Positions 47,004 through 61,373 of a DNA stretch of 64,000 nt are shown one piece after another. The DNA is taken from contig OX442314.1 in assembly GCA_949358305.1 (NCBI GenBank), forward strand, positions 31,062,001 through 31,126,000, given 5' to 3'. The first letter of the stretch is position 1; the number at the start of each line of letters is the position of its first letter. A program made the translations under genes and the position numbers. The notes below the pieces were generated by a model, which made no database searches, was not told where the DNA came from, and saw only the letters and a program-made list of their open reading frames with translations. Origin of the DNA: Strigamia acuminata. Its lineage: Eukaryota.

Positions 47004-48078
47004 TGCGGCGATCCGGGTTTTTACTTAATAAATCGAGGAGAATTATCAAGCAATCGTCGTAGAGATGCCGTACAGGACTTCTACTCTGTGGCCAAATGTT
47101 TGTCTAGGGGAATGATTTTACACAGAGTAAAGGAAAAATTAGATAGTTTTAATTAGTTCAAAATACAGAGGAGGTATTATTTAGCAAAAGATAATGTTTG
47201 GGGGTCGATCTGGCTTCTTCTTCAGTATCTACACTCACGGTTGACCGTTGGCTCCAAGATGGCGTCGATGGCGTCGCGTGAGCGCGGGATTTTAGCGGAG
47301 TAAACTCAACGCTAAAATACGTTGCTAAAATATACTAAAATCCTCGCGGAGCAAGCTCAACACGAGAATACGTCTTGCACACAGCGGTTTGATTATTACG
47401 GAGCAAGCTCGACGTAACAATCCGTCTTAACACAGTTCGCCTTGTGGAGTTAAACTCGACACAAAGCCTTCAAATTGACAGAGCAAGCTCAATGTCAATT
47501 CCACACAGAAATGGCTTAAATTACGTGTAGTAATTCAAGCAGAAAGGCGCTATTCCGTACAGTTGGCACGGACCAGCAATGAATCTCAACTCTTCCAGAT
47601 ATCACAGATCACACTTAGCAGGGTTTGGCATAAGTTTGACACAGATGTGAATGGTTTGGAAGCAGAATCAAGAATGCGGGAAGAGTGGGCCAAAACCGTT
47701 TGGCTCACTCCAAAATCTGCTCAGAAAAGCTGCGCAGATGACGAGTTGCACAAAGATCACACACGGCCGCCTTCGGGTCGTGTGCAACAATTGAACCGGG
47801 CACGCGCGAGGGGAAGGGATGCTCCGCCCAGGCACACGCCTAGCAGCATCATCAAAGCAATGCACGCTGCAGCGCGATTGGTTGACGCTGTTGCTGGGCC
47901 AAAACTTGCTGCAAAACACAATATTATTTGGGTAATATTGTGTCTTGTTTTATATTTAATTAATATATATTTTATTTCAATTTACATTGAAACAAAACAT
48001 ATAAACTTGTTGAATATGTTTCTAAGACAATTTGGAAATATGGTGCGCACTCAAATGGGAATATTTGAGGTCACCACA
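47004..48078 (-). repeat. Element A 5' LTR (hairpin array at 47289-47500)
   Basis: Direct repeat of 21010-22084, about 4 substitutions seen by eye. Confidence 0.97.
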
Positions 48079-48129
48079 CATGACAGTGGACATCCAACGA
48101 AATATGTTCTTCTTAATTACAGAAGATGC

Positions 48130-50890
48130 AGGTGTCCAATTCAATAGTGTGTTGCAACACGCGTGTCTTTCCTGGAACTTTGCTGAGAATTTTCTCATAT
48201 TTTTTTAATACATGTTCCAGTTGCAGCGCCTCCGTAAGTTGCAGTTGTGCCTCTTCAATCATGTCGTGCAGCCCATTTCCGACCTTCAGCCTTGCCTCAA
48301 AGGCACAGAAACTATTTTGTTTTCGGAATGTTTTTCGTAATGATTCCGGTTCGTCCATTTTCTGTTCAAATTTGTCGAGGATGTACGGTGGTACATAGGG
48401 CTGCAGCACATTGATTGTTGAGATGAAGTTCCACCTGCCATTAAGAGGATTTGGCTAAATCTTCATCCGTTTCATGGCATCATTGCCGACTAGCATGAAC
48501 TTCATGTCATGTGGTAGTACGAGAAAATTTTGGTTCATCATACCATGAGTCCAACGAATCATAATTCTTATTGTTCCAAGGGGCTGTACTTTTTTGTCGG
48601 CAGTGTTTACCGCCATGTTTGGCTTAACGCTACAAACTTCCTTTTCCAGTCCCATGGCTTGTACCAATGGCCACGAAATACAGCTACGGTTGGCCCCAGA
48701 GTCAAGCATTGCTGCAATTGATCCTTGTTCGGTAAGGCTGTCGATTGTCGTCATCCCTTCTAGGACGTCTTCTTCTGGAAGTAGTATGTTGAAGACTGTA
48801 ATGTGTGGTTCTTCAGGTTCCAGAATTGTCAATTCTTTTAGGAATTCATCCCATTCCACCGGTTCAGTTGGAGTTTTCATCATCCATGCAGCTTCGGTTG
48901 GGGAATCCTCGTAAGTCTCTTTTACTTTTGACCAAAAAATGGTTGCTTTATTTTCTTGTACCAACTTTACGTCTTTCAGTGCTTCTGCTACTTCAGCTGT
49001 AAAGTAGGATTCGTTCGTCCGATAGACTTCGTTCATTTTTGGACAATCTTTTAATTCTACTGGTGTAAATCTGAATCCGACGATCTGTCCGCATTCAATG
49101 TCGCAAATCATTTCACCTCGATTTTGCATTGTGCCTATTGCTTCTGCTGGTGTCAACACCATGGGGATAGGCAATTTTTTTGATGTTTTAGCGTCCTTTG
49201 GAATGTCTGTTATTGTCACGGACCCGGCTTCTTCCGGATCGCTTGTGGGTTCGGCCGATGGAAATTTCATTCCAACGACCTGACCATTTTCCAAGTAAAC
49301 AATTACTGTTCCTTAACCACCTTTTACTGTTCCAATTACTTCATATGGTGTTTCAGCCAACTGAGGTGGTATATGGGTTCGAACTTTGGAGTCATCGTCA
49401 ATTTCTTGTGTCTCTACTGCTGGTTCCTCTATCGGTTGGGCTTCCTTTGGGGTTTCCGAGTTTTTTGGTGGCGCGAGCTCTATTGTTTGTTCTGAGTTTT
49501 TTTGAATGCAATCGGTTAATGCATTGACAATGCGTTCCATTTCTTGCTCTGAAATTACTTTCCTTGGTTGTGGGCAATGCCGTACCCAATGTCCAAGTTG
49601 CCCGCAGTTATGACATGGCTCGTTTTCGGGTGTCAATTTTGATTGACTGGCTGAATTGCCATCTCCAGTAGCTTTCGTAGTGGAAGTCTGGCTAACAGCT
49701 TCGGCTAATTTTGACTTGTCAGCGTTGGCTTTTGAGTTGAAGTTGACAGAAAAAGGCTTTGTTGCGGAGGACGAATTTCCTGTCATTTGTTGTGGCCCGA
49801 CCATTGGATATGGTGTTCTCCCCTGCATTTGTGGCTTGTATTTAGCTATTGCAGGGTTATTTCGCGTAAACAATACGCTCGCCGCATCCATCAATTTGTC
49901 GACCTTCTGTTTTGTGACATCTGCCAACATTATTTGGCTCCCTTCGACTTCACTACTCTCATTAGGGTCCTGTTGGTCGCATCGGTATTCTTGGCTCTGG
50001 ATAAGGTGACGGTCCACTTTCTTTATTCTTTGCACTAGCAGCGTCTCGAGGTGGCACGAATTGTGATCGTGGGCGCATCATTTTGGCGTTTCCTCGAGCA
50101 TAACCTGACTGTTGTCGTTGTCTTTCGTCGCGTGCTCGCTGTTCCCCTACCGGCAAATACTTTGCGTACCGATCGGCAATGTACATTTGGTTGTCCCTCA
50201 TGAATTGGGCTAGCTTTTCAAACGAGCTTGCCATTGGTGCGTCGACCATTTGTAACACTTTTTCGGAAAATTCCGTCAGACCATTTCTGAATTGGTAATC
50301 TGCAAAGAAGTCTCCGACGTGATATGGGAGTTGAGCCATCAGATCTTTAGTTCTATTTAAATATGTTCGAAGATCTTCTCCAAGCATTTGTTGCAATCCA
50401 TTCCAATACTTGATTAACGTGGCATTGGATTCTCCATACTCCTTCATGATGGCTCGAACAAAATCGTCCCAAGATGTGAAAGCATTCTTCTAGAACCAGT
50501 TTGCAGCTCCTCATATCAACATTTTTGGAATTAACTTTTTCAGAGCATTGTATGGATCCATTCCGTGGCCTCTTGCCAATTGCAGGACGTCGTCAAGAAG
50601 TTGAGTGCCTGCTCTCCAACTGCCGTCAAATACGTCAGGTGTTAGGCGATCCCATTTAATTTGCGAAGTTCCAAATGGATGGACCCAATTTGCCTCACAA
50701 TATTTGCGAATTTGTTTCTGGAGCACTTCTTCCATCTCTTTTGACCTCGAAGGGAGCTTTGCTAGGCGTGAATCGATTTGTCGAGCGATAATATCTTCCA
50801 ATTCTTCTGTACTGTTTGACAAAGTACGAGAATTCGTAGGAGGCGGATCTATATTATCCGATTGGAAGTTTTGTCTTTCTCGCCTGTCTC
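48130..50890 (-). mobile_element. Degraded Gypsy element C (gag-protease), related to A
   Basis: NW.H....I.WD...P..FDG.W.AG..LLD shared with A gag; CHNCGQLGHWVRHC; MLDSGANRS; stops and frameshifts; truncated at HTIELDT. Confidence 0.9.
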
Positions 50891-51168
50891 CTTGAGGCCG
50901 GGAGAATTACCCATTCGGGGTATGAGATAGATAAAAGCATTGATTAATAAAAACCGTTTTGGCGAGAGCAAAGATGTCATTCGTCATCTCGTTGTTGAAA
51001 GCACAAAGAAATTTGGGAGACATGTTGCAGGTTTCGCACGCAAGTCACAGGAATGAACTTTAAGACAAAAGCCGGAAACAAAAAACCGTTACGGGCAAGT
51101 TTGAACTTGTTGCAAACACCAGTTTAAATACAGGAAATAGAAAAAAACGGTTACAATCGAAATTGGGC

Positions 51169-52480
51169 ATCAAGGCACATATTAACTGCACATTAACCTC
51201 AAAACAACACTGCTCTGTAACACTGAAATAAATTCTCCAGTTCGTCAAATACATTTCTGTTTGTTATTGTTTCTTATTTCTTGTTTTTTTTTCTGTGCGT
51301 TCTTGTTGATATTTGTCTTTTGACTTTTGTCTTTTCCTACTTTTGTGTGACTTTTGTCTTTTCCTACTTTTGTGTGACATTTCTTTTCATTAGGTGTTCA
51401 CTTTAATATGATTATTCTGCTTTGATACACCATTTAAAATAAAAACTATACAGAAAACTTAAGCTCTACATCACTGTATTGAACGGAGTATCATTCACTT
51501 CCAACCGAATAAATGCAGTGAAATTAGGTAAATCTTTCCGATAGCTGAATCGAATATTTAGCAAGAGCTTTCATACAGTGTTGAACACACAAAGTGTATG
51601 TTTCCAGCATTGCTGGGGTGTTATAAAAATAAATGGTAGGTAGCGATGGATCGTCGTTGCAAAGCAGTCTTCCGATAACCTCCAAATTTTACTGTCCAAC
51701 ATTCAAAGCTGAACGAACAAAATCGTACAACTTCATTAGTTCTTCGCTTTCTATCGCCCATAAACAGTCATTAAAGTCAACGCAAGAACTCGTGTTTCTT
51801 TCGATGTTCAAAGTCAATCGAGTTAAGGTTGCAGGAACAGTCCATCGTCTCAGTCCATCTTCAAGAATGACGATTAAAAGTAAAAGCAGCTTTTGAGATT
51901 GTGATACACTAACATGAGGAATTAACTTTGGTGATATAAACCATCCAATTTTGCACACTCTTGCAATACGGCGCGGCACATCTTCAATATCAGTTTACAA
52001 ATGTCATCATCAATCTCACCTTTGTTCCATCGACATCGGTGTTCCACTGACAATATGCGTGTGTAAATCTGATCCGCTATCCTGGTGATGGACTTCGGAT
52101 ATAACAAAGATTATTTGTTTCTTCTATCATTGATAAAAATTCCTAGCACGGACTTATATATATTTTTTGTGTTGACATACTCTTTATGACATGTGTAAAA
52201 CTCAAAACTTATGAGGCCATCTTGGAGGATTTCCAGAACAATAGTGATTAGGTTTTGACACATTGACAGTGTTACTGATGGCAAACGGTTCGGTGAAATG
52301 ATCCACTCATTTTTGCATGTGTTTAAAATATAACACAGATTCAAAATGTTTTGATAAATATCATAAAGTCAAACTCACCACCATAACTTATTGCTTCTCC
52401 TTGATATTGAAAATATTTTTAGTAAATATACAAAAAATTATTTTTTATTTAGTGGTTTTATCTTACCACTGCTAATTTTT
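51169..52480 (-). pseudogene. Unknown gene remnant block, duplicate of 14445-15740
   Basis: Colinear identity with the 14.4-15.7 kb block. Confidence 0.7.
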
Positions 52481-53260
52481 TTTATCTCAAAGTTGTTTCT
52501 TATACATTTCATTATGTGAACATCTCCAAAGGCATATATTTTTTATTTCTGTCAACTTGGTGTGGGAGAAAATTAGTAAATTTTTTGGTCTTTCCAGAAA
52601 TAGAAAGTGCACTCACTCCATGCTTTCTTGTTGCTGGTAGAACCATCACAAGTGAATCCACTGACTTCTGCCCCAACATGATGTAATTGTATGATGACTT
52701 GCAGTAAATTTTTTGCTGAAACATCACCTGGTGTGGCATTTTGTGAAGCAAAATACAGCCACTAGTTGCTTACACTTTTTGCTTAGACAGACAAAAATAA
52801 ATACTAATGCATGATTGGCATATTCACATTTCTGATTTTCTGTAGTGTGTTCACCCAAATTTACAAATCCATAAAATTTGAAAGTTGATTTCTTGAAATT
52901 CACAGTTTCAGATAATTTGGTTTCATCAAAAATCAAAATTCTTTTTTTTTTCCAGGCTCACCTTTAAATTCCTCTAATGTAATTTTATTGACCCCATATT
53001 CACATCTCGGTCCACACATTAATTTCCTGATATCCTTTCTGTGTCTTAATCCGAAAATATAGACTTTCCAATAGAAATTCTGAATCATATCGCATTCCTT
53101 TCTTCTTCCGTTCATTTTTCATGAGCATCATTTTAATAATTTACCTCTGTTTTGATGGTAATTGCCCAATCCTTTCAGCCATGTCATGTTTTGATTTTTC
53201 TTTCATATTTTTAATTTTTGAATTGAATGTAAACATTGGTCTTGTATTAGGTAATAAAAG
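52480..53260 (-). pseudogene. P-element-type transposase remnant
   Basis: IFDE, ANHALVF, FTCDG and DVHIMKCIRNN motifs. Confidence 0.8.
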
Positions 53261-56200
53261 ATTTGCATCTGATGTAAATTTTTATCTAATTAAATATGAG
53301 AGATGATAAATAAAAGAAAAATTTTATTTTTAAATTAATATTAATAATTTTGTGTGACATTTGAAAAACACTTAAATTAAACACTTAAATTACCACTTGA
53401 TTCTACAGATGGGTCATGTTTCATTTTTACATCCCCATTGCAAGAAACAGTGGTAGTGAAATATGTGTCTACAATTTAATTCAACAACTTGTTCATCCTG
53501 CATATTAAATTGACAGACACAGCAATCTTCAGTAGAGTCTACGTCTAGTAATTTGGGTTTTAATTCTTGCAGTTGATGTAGTGGTGGTGAAGGTGGCAGC
53601 TGATGGGCTGGCAGGTGATGCACTTCCTCTTCGTTTTCATCATCTAAGATGTAAATAACTTCTTCAGGTTGCACAAACTGCTGCTGTGCTAATTCCTCCA
53701 CGGAATGATGTCACTTCCTGCACTCACTTTCAAAACAAGGTGTCCCATTGCTAGCCAAGACAATGGGAATCAAAGTGCAATGGAGACTCATCTCAAATCC
53801 AAAAATAGACTCAGTGTTTATCACAAGAATATTTTCTCACACATTAAATATAACTATTTAGAAGTTTTAATAAACTAATTACCAACATTAAAATCACACT
53901 TAAAAATTAACTTTTCCAGTAAAAAATTGGTACAACAGGTGGACAATGCTCGTGTACATTAAGGGCAGCTTCTCCTTATTTCATCCATTTACTGAAACTC
54001 AACTTATTCTTTTGTGTGCACTAGGGGCATGGATGTTGCTTTTTACTGTCTAGTCAAAGACTGACAGCCAAAAACAACATGTACTCTTTTAAAATTAATT
54101 TTTCTCAATTTAAAGCTTGAGTCATCTGTATACAGACGTGCCACTTGCCACCGGTTGACTGCTAACGTAGTTTCGAAGTTTGGCCACGCATGAACCAAGC
54201 TTGTAAGGAATTGGGGAATGGTCAGCAGATCGTTCTTAAATCTGGTAATCGTGTTTCATATACGCTGGTCGTTCATTGCATACTTTAGAGCTCTTGTCTT
54301 CGCGGATATGTCGTTCGCTGAGCCCGTTTCTTGGGGCGTCTGGGATGTAGACAGTGGTGTGGTGGTGTCTGAGGCCACTGAATGCGAAACGGCCTTCCGC
54401 CAGGCACGGGATGAATGCTGTGATGGTGAGAGGACAGAACATCTCTGTTAGTCGTGTGTTCCCGACACCCGGCGCACCGTGGAGGTAAAGATTTTTTTGT
54501 CGATTCACCGATGTGCCTGGCGTCGCTTCAAATGCAGTGAGTAGTTGGGCATGTTCGGCCAGTTGGTGTTCCCTGACCACAATTAATTCCTGGCAAATTG
54601 GTCTCAGTGCATCGAAAGCTTTGCGACGTGTTATGTTGCTGCGGGAAAAGGTAATTAAAAACAGATTCGAGAGCAGATGCTGCCGCTGTGGCGCTGGCGC
54701 TGGCATCTCTATCTGCATTTCTTGCTTGGGCGGTAGTTCGGCAGCGGGCGGCCCTGGCATAATAAGGCGTGGCTGGCTGGGCGGTGCAGTGTGGTTGGGT
54801 GATGAGGCATGGCTGGGCGATAAAGCGTGGCTGGATGATCAGACGTGGCTGGGCGATGTGGTGTGGCTGGGTAGCTGGGTGCTGAACTGGTATGAGTGTG
54901 CGGTTTAGAGCAATGACACGAGGTCATGAGACCTGAACCACAGGGCGAAGTCTGCATGGGACAAGGGCAACTTCTCTTTACACTGGTGTCAGCTGTCAGT
55001 TGTTTTTTTTCCGTAGTTGAGTCTGGAAATGATTAAATAGGAATTAATCACTTTTTTTTAGGAAACAGATGGGGGATTGACAGACGAACCACTGTGGCAT
55101 TCCTGGCTTGGTTCGGCGCCTGATGGATGTGCTGGACGGCATTGTGCAGTGTGCATCAGAGATCTCGGTGATTCGGACACCCGCGGTGTGTGTGCTTCAT
55201 GCAGACGAGGCCTAACTGTTGAGGTGCTGGAACCTAGGAAATAAAACAGAATTAATCTTTCGGTTTGGTGTGTGTGTTGCCTGATTTACCTCCAGCACAG
55301 GGCATTGTTGATCTGCTGAGTGGCGAGATGACGGGAGCATTGTCTGTGGTGGGCGTGGGTGATCTAACTTGTCGTCGCCTTGCTCTTCCGCGTTCTCATC
55401 TTTGTCTTTCCTGCCCGTCGGTAACTGGACGGTGGTTGCCTAGGGTGATTGGTTTGTGAGTTTGGTTTGGACCAAAACAAATTGTATGGTTGGGATTGGG
55501 AATTACTTTCTTCACTTTCATCACCCGAACTGCCATCAAGTAGGGCACCTGTGCCCATGTGGTCGGCCATTCGTCGTACAGTCTTTACTGCACGAAGAGC
55601 TGAACTGTTTGCCCGGTAATAGCGGTCAGCTGTTTGGACGCTATGTCCAATCTGGTCAGCCAAGTCTGCAGCCATCCCACAATCATGATGATATATGTGC
55701 GTTACAACGCTCTTTTGGAAAAGCATGGCCATCATGGGTTTGACGCTGACACGCACCCATGCATTTAAAGTGCAGCGGGCGGTTGTGGTTTTGCCCATTG
55801 CTTTCCCTACGCCAGTAACAAACAGCAGAGTATTTGGGTCCCGTCGCCTAATCGCGGCATCCTCGCTGACAAAACAGCGACGCCTGAAATGTTGGATGTT
55901 ATGGTCGATTCTTTGAGCCAATTTCGCCGAAAAGACCACGTCCGACACACCCTTTTGGACAACATTCTTGACGGAGGCCACTTCCATCACAGTGACCTTG
56001 CACTTGTTCTTTTGCCGTCCACTCGCCTAGAGTCATCCGAGTAGCACAACCTTGACGCGAAGCATTAGACATGATGATTTCGGCCACCAGAACATCTGAC
56101 GTCGGAAATCGTTTTGGCCATCCAGTTTTGTATTGCCTCTGGCTGGTCCAGCTAGCTGTGCATTTGTCGCACATGAACCTATTTCACGAAAGCAAAATTT

Positions 56201-57409
56201 TACTCATCCTTTCCAGTCTGTCCCGCTCCATTCGGATGCGTTCTCGCTGTCGGCGTGCCCTCCGTCTTGTCAGGTTTCGACTCCAGCGGGAAAGTTCACC
56301 TTCGATAGCCGTTATCAAATCACGGCCTTGCGTGCGGTCTTGATGCCACCTGAACGAACATCGCACAATGCCATATCGAACTGAAAATACTTGCTATTGT
56401 TCCTGGCGGGTGCTCATCTAGCACTTGGATGAACCAGGCCTCGCTGCTCTGCAATAATGTTTCCTCGTTGCAACCCCAAGTTACTGATAGAAATGCCGAC
56501 ACTTGTTGGGTGTGCTGTCTGGCTGTGCGTTCTGCAGTTGCTAATCCAGCCTCGCTTTTGGCCCACACCTCGAAGCTGTGCAATGCTGCTGCGTTTTCAG
56601 CTGGCAGCAAAAATGGCCAGAGACATTGAGGCACCCAGTCTGGATGTTCCTTTGCCTGTGGCTGAGAAATTACTTGGTCCAACACGGGGACGTCTGACTT
56701 GCCCGCGTCCAATTCGACTGCATTTCGATCTGCAAAGAAACTCTTTATTTTTCGCTTGGAAAGAACATTTTTGTTTTAAATAATTTGTGTCATAATAATT
56801 TTTCTGTTTAGAATAAACTTTTTTTTATTTAATGTGAAACTTTATGTTAGATCCGTCTAAAACATTAGGTTAGGTGCCCATTAATTGCTTAATTGATTAA
56901 TTAATTAACCACCATTATTTTTTGTGACCTCACGCTGACACCCTGCTTACTGTGAAGGTACAAATTCTTTTGCTGCGAATTGGGATGCAGTGGGTCTATG
57001 TTGCATAGGAATGCGAGCAAACGATTCACCCATGTGCCTGGCGTTGCTTCGAAAGTTGCGAGTAGTCGGGCTTGCTCAGCCAGTCGGTGTTGTCTGACCT
57101 CTTCGTTGTTGATTTGTCGCTCAGATATGAAGGGCAGAACACCACCATTTTAAAATTCATTGGGAATGAATTTTTTCACAAAGTTGACATTTTTTCCAAC
57201 TTTGGTGAAATAAACATGTATGAAAACAATCAAGAAAATTCATACCTTTAATTGGTTTGCATTTTCCACGGGTTCAATCAGCATTTCCTCATCTGTGGAA
57301 AGCACAAGTTGAACGTTCTCTATGACAACTTGAATTCGTTCAGAAGTTTGTATCTAAAATAGAAATATCAATGAAATTAGTCTTTTCAAGAATATTGTAA
57401 TTGAACTTA

Positions 57410-57730
57410 CCGTACTGCCTCGATTTAACGCCGGTCGTATCTAAACGCCGGCTCCTGATTAAGCGCCGGGCAAACTGAGGACGAAATGGCAATAAACGCC
57501 GGCCTTAAATGAACGCCGGGTTTGTTTAAACGCCGGGTTGAAACGTTTTTTAAACGTTTTGAGAGGTCTTTTGGTCGAAACATCGAAGAATAGCTAGCAA
57601 TGAGTGGCTTTCCAATTTTTTTTTTCGGTTAGACGCCCGGCGCGAATAATCGCCGGGCTTTGAATGAACGCCGGGGGGGTCAACTAGAAAAAATGAATAA
57701 ACGCCCCGGCGTTAAATCGAGGCAGTACGG
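57410..57730. mobile_element. 321-bp MITE of the Tc1/mariner-pogo superfamily
   Basis: Terminal inverted repeats (TIRs) CCGTACTGCCTCGATTTAACGCC, TA TSD; the empty site has a single TA at 4788-4789. Confidence 0.93.
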
Positions 57731-58903
57731 TAGTTAACATTTTCACTTAGAAGATAATTCAAACTCATCTTCAATTAGGTGCACCAATTAATAAATGGTT
57801 ACAAGCAACTGTTTAAGAGGGGGATAGGGTTTTCAATATTGTTTCATAACATTATTGCAAAATTGAAAATTTTACTTAAATTGCTTTAATGTATTATTAC
57901 TGGTATTTTGTTTAGTAAATTGTGAATTTGAAAATTGAAATTAAAAATTACTGAATTTGTATTAGATATCCAAAATTTAGGGGGGAGGGGGGTGGTCAGC
58001 CTTGAAACGACCTTGTCACAGGAGGGGAAGAGTCTAAAAATCCAAAAATTTGGTTTACCGGTACATAATTTATGAACGGCACCTAACCTCAGCCAAATGG
58101 GATGGGAGTTTTCACCATCTAGACATAGACCAGTCTTAACACTTTTTAGCACCCCGAGCAAAAAAAAATCAGATGCTCCTCACCACAAAATAAATTTGTA
58201 CATTTTAAGAATGACATGAGGAGTACAGTACATTTCAAGAGTCTGCATCCTTATTTCAAGAGTGACAAAGTCGTTCCAAACGAACGAATCTGAGTGTCAC
58301 TACCCTCAAAATGGCCAAACACAACAGAAAATGTAATAACACACTGACCTTATTGACTTTTGGGGGGGTTTTTATGTTTGTGATATTTGCAAATTCGACG
58401 TTTGATGTGGAAACCTCGCCTAGCAGGAACAAGCAGGAATATTGACAGATTTTTTCTTCCCATGTTATGGAAATTTTCAAAAACCAAATTAAAGGTGAAT
58501 ATTTACAGATTCCTGGCCGTACGAACGATAATTGTGAGACTTGAAATATAACTTACCCCGTCTTTGCTCGCACACCAGTTGAAAAATCAAGAAAAACGAC
58601 GCCTAAGTGAAAAAGAACACACAAAAATGGCGCATTTTATTCCAAATGCGAGAAATACATCAACCGCCCTAGATGCAGGTAAAAAGCCACTACACAAATT
58701 CATCATTTGAATGTCGGAGCGCGTGCTACACGTACTGACAACAATAGACTATTATGTTATACAATTATTGGTAAAAAGAAATGATAACAACAAACAAATG
58801 GGTGTTACAAGCACACTTCCGTACAAGACAGCTTATGAATGCAACTAAATGCTAAAAAAATTGAAACGCATTAATCACACGTCAAATATAAAATAAATAT
58901 GTA

Positions 58904-60975
58904 CACCTATGGCCAAAAAAATCTTCACTTGCTCTCACGCTGCTCCAGCTCTAAATGAGCAGTTCAATTTTCCGCCACCGGCGGCCAGAGCAGTCTACTT
59001 TTCCTGGGGGCAACTGCAAGTTTAAATGCAACTAACACTTAGATTTTTAGTGAATTTAAAAGCAAATTTACCATGTTTTTGCACATATTTTAACACGTTT
59101 TTGCACACATTTTAACACATTTTTGCACACATTTTGTCACGTTTTGGCACATATTTTACCATGTTTTTGCACACATTGTGCCAAGTTTTTGCACACATTG
59201 TGCCAAGTTTTTGCACACATTTTGCCACGTTTTGGCACACATTTTACCACGTTTTTGCACACATTTTGCCAAGTTTTTGCAAACATTTTGCCACGTTTTG
59301 CACACATTTTGCCACGTTTTGGCACACATTTTGCCAAGTTTTTGCACACATTTTACCACGTTGTTGCACACATTTTAACACATTTTTGCACACATTTTGT
59401 CACGTTTTGGCACATATTTTACCATGTTTTTTCACACATTTTACCACGTTTTTGCACACATTGTGCCAAGTTTTTGCACACATTTTGCCACGTTTTGGCA
59501 CACATTTTGCCAAGTTTTGGCACATATTTTACCATGTTTTTTCACACATTTTATCACGTTTTTGCACACATTTTACCACGCTTTTGCACACATTTTGCCA
59601 CGTTTTGGCACACGTTTTGTCAAGTTTTTGCACACATTGTGCCACTTTTTGGCACACATTGTGCCAAGTTTTTGCACAAATTTTGCCACGGATTTGCACA
59701 CATTTTGGCACACATTGTGCCAAGTTTTGCTACATTTTAATACGTTTTCGCACAAAAATGGTGTTTTTCAACAAAAGTAATGTTTTCAACAGAACAAAAA
59801 TATGTTTTTTTTAGGCCAAAATGGTGTTTTTTAATCAAAAATTGTATTTTTATTTGCTGAAAATAGTGTTTTTGAATTTTAAATTGTTTTTTGCCCAAAA
59901 AGTGTTTTTTTTGCTCAAAAAGTGTTTTTTTTTGCCCGAAAAATGTATTTTTACACCAAAAATATCAAAGATACATGCTATTTTTTTTTACTTCTGATCC
60001 AGTGCCCAATTTTCATAATAAAAGTTAATTTCATTGGCATTTTCTGAAGAAATACTAAAAAACTCATCATGTATTTATATGTATGGCTAGAATTTTTTTT
60101 AGATGTTTTTATATATTTTGCAAGCTTAATTCTCCATTCTTTAGGAAATATTTCATGTTGTTCTCTCACCCCTCCATCCAGAAGTCCAGTTAATCGATTT
60201 TGCTGTTCTACACTTAATTTTGGTGCCATTTTTTGCAAAACAAAGTGTTTAATTCTTTTCCTTTAACCATGTTAGGAGTATGCAAATTTTGTGTGAAGTC
60301 AAGAAAATAAAATACAACAAAAGTTATGATTTATTTTTTATTATATATTCAAAAATTTAATTTACAATAACCTGGTCCTGTTTAAGTGGATTTGGAATGA
60401 TATTTATTTAATGTTCACATCAAACTGTATAGAAGAAGAAATTCATCATAAAAACAAATAATAAACCTGAAAATCTAGTAATAGTTTTATTTTATTGAAA
60501 GAAGCAAATTCTAAAATAAATTTTTTAATTTGAAAAGTTTGTTATTATTTGAAATCACAACTTTTCTTAGGAAACAAAAAAAACGTGGTAAAATGTCGGC
60601 AAAAACTTGGTAAAATGTGTGCAAAAACGTGATAAAATGTGTGCAAAAACTAGGCACAATGTGTGCCAAAACGTGATAAAATGTCTGCAAAAACGTGGTA
60701 AAATGCATGCAAAAACGTGGCAAAATGTGTGCAAAAGCGTGGTAAAATGTGTGCAAAAACGTGGTAAAATGTGTGCAAAAACGTGTTAAAATATGTGCAA
60801 AAACATGGTAAATTTGCTTTTAAATTCACTAAAAATCTAAGTGTTAGTTGCATTTAAACTTGCAGTTGCCCCCAGGAAAAGTAGACTGCTCTGGCCGCCG
60901 GTGGCAGAAAATTGAACTGCTCATTTAGAGCTGTAGCAGTGTGAGAGCAAGTGAAGATTTTTTTGGCCATAGGTG
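58904..60975 (-). mobile_element. Non-autonomous Tc1 derivative with long foldback TIRs containing ~22-bp subrepeats
   Basis: CACCTATGGCCAAAA TIRs with TA flanks; internal MAPKLS..GLL..G..EI fused to KKNSSHTYKY (Tc1 N- and C-termini). Confidence 0.88.
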
Positions 60976-61373
60976 TACAAAGGCTCTTCAAACGAGCCAC
61001 AAATAAAAATAATGAACTCAAGTTATGCATAAGATAGCAAAATTCTGATAAAATACATGCTTATAGTTTATTTAACATTGTATCGTATTTACTTCACCGT
61101 TTCTTTTAAATTTTGCGACTTGATTTTATCAAATTTTGCATTCAATTTCAATCCGTGCTTCGAATTTCAAGGGAGTGGTCATTTATCAAATCAATAAAAA
61201 ACAGGAAAATTCTGAGGAATGGAAATATTACTGTGAAAATTACTGATAATCTATGAAATTTCTAATATTTCGTCCAATTTTTATTTTATTTCAATATATA
61301 TTTGTTCTTTATTGATTTTTTCACCTACTCATCAATTTTGATACGTGAAAGTTACAACTGTAAGCTGTCTAAA

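Larger units (their letters stand above)
21010..48078 (-). mobile_element. Ty3/Gypsy LTR retrotransposon A, full length, interrupted by B
   Basis: Paired 1075-bp TG..CA LTRs, CATG TSD (21006-21009, 48079-48082), PBS, polypurine tract (PPT), gag-PR-RT-RH-IN order. Confidence 0.97.
52598..61373. repeat. Segmental duplication, copy 2 (RING 53390-53791, Rep ~54440-54760, YR 55364-56750)
   Basis: Colinear with 1-6301 apart from the MITE, the Tc1-containing segment and small indels. Confidence 0.95.

Noticed and set aside
47563..48147. 194-aa ORF in LTR A and short ORFs in LTR B
   Set aside because: The LTR A ORF is antisense to the element and broken by a stop in the other LTR; none shows recognisable motifs
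59123..60853. Many overlapping His/Phe/Cys-rich ORFs
   Set aside because: Artefacts of the stop-poor ~22-bp tandem repeat in the Tc1 TIRs
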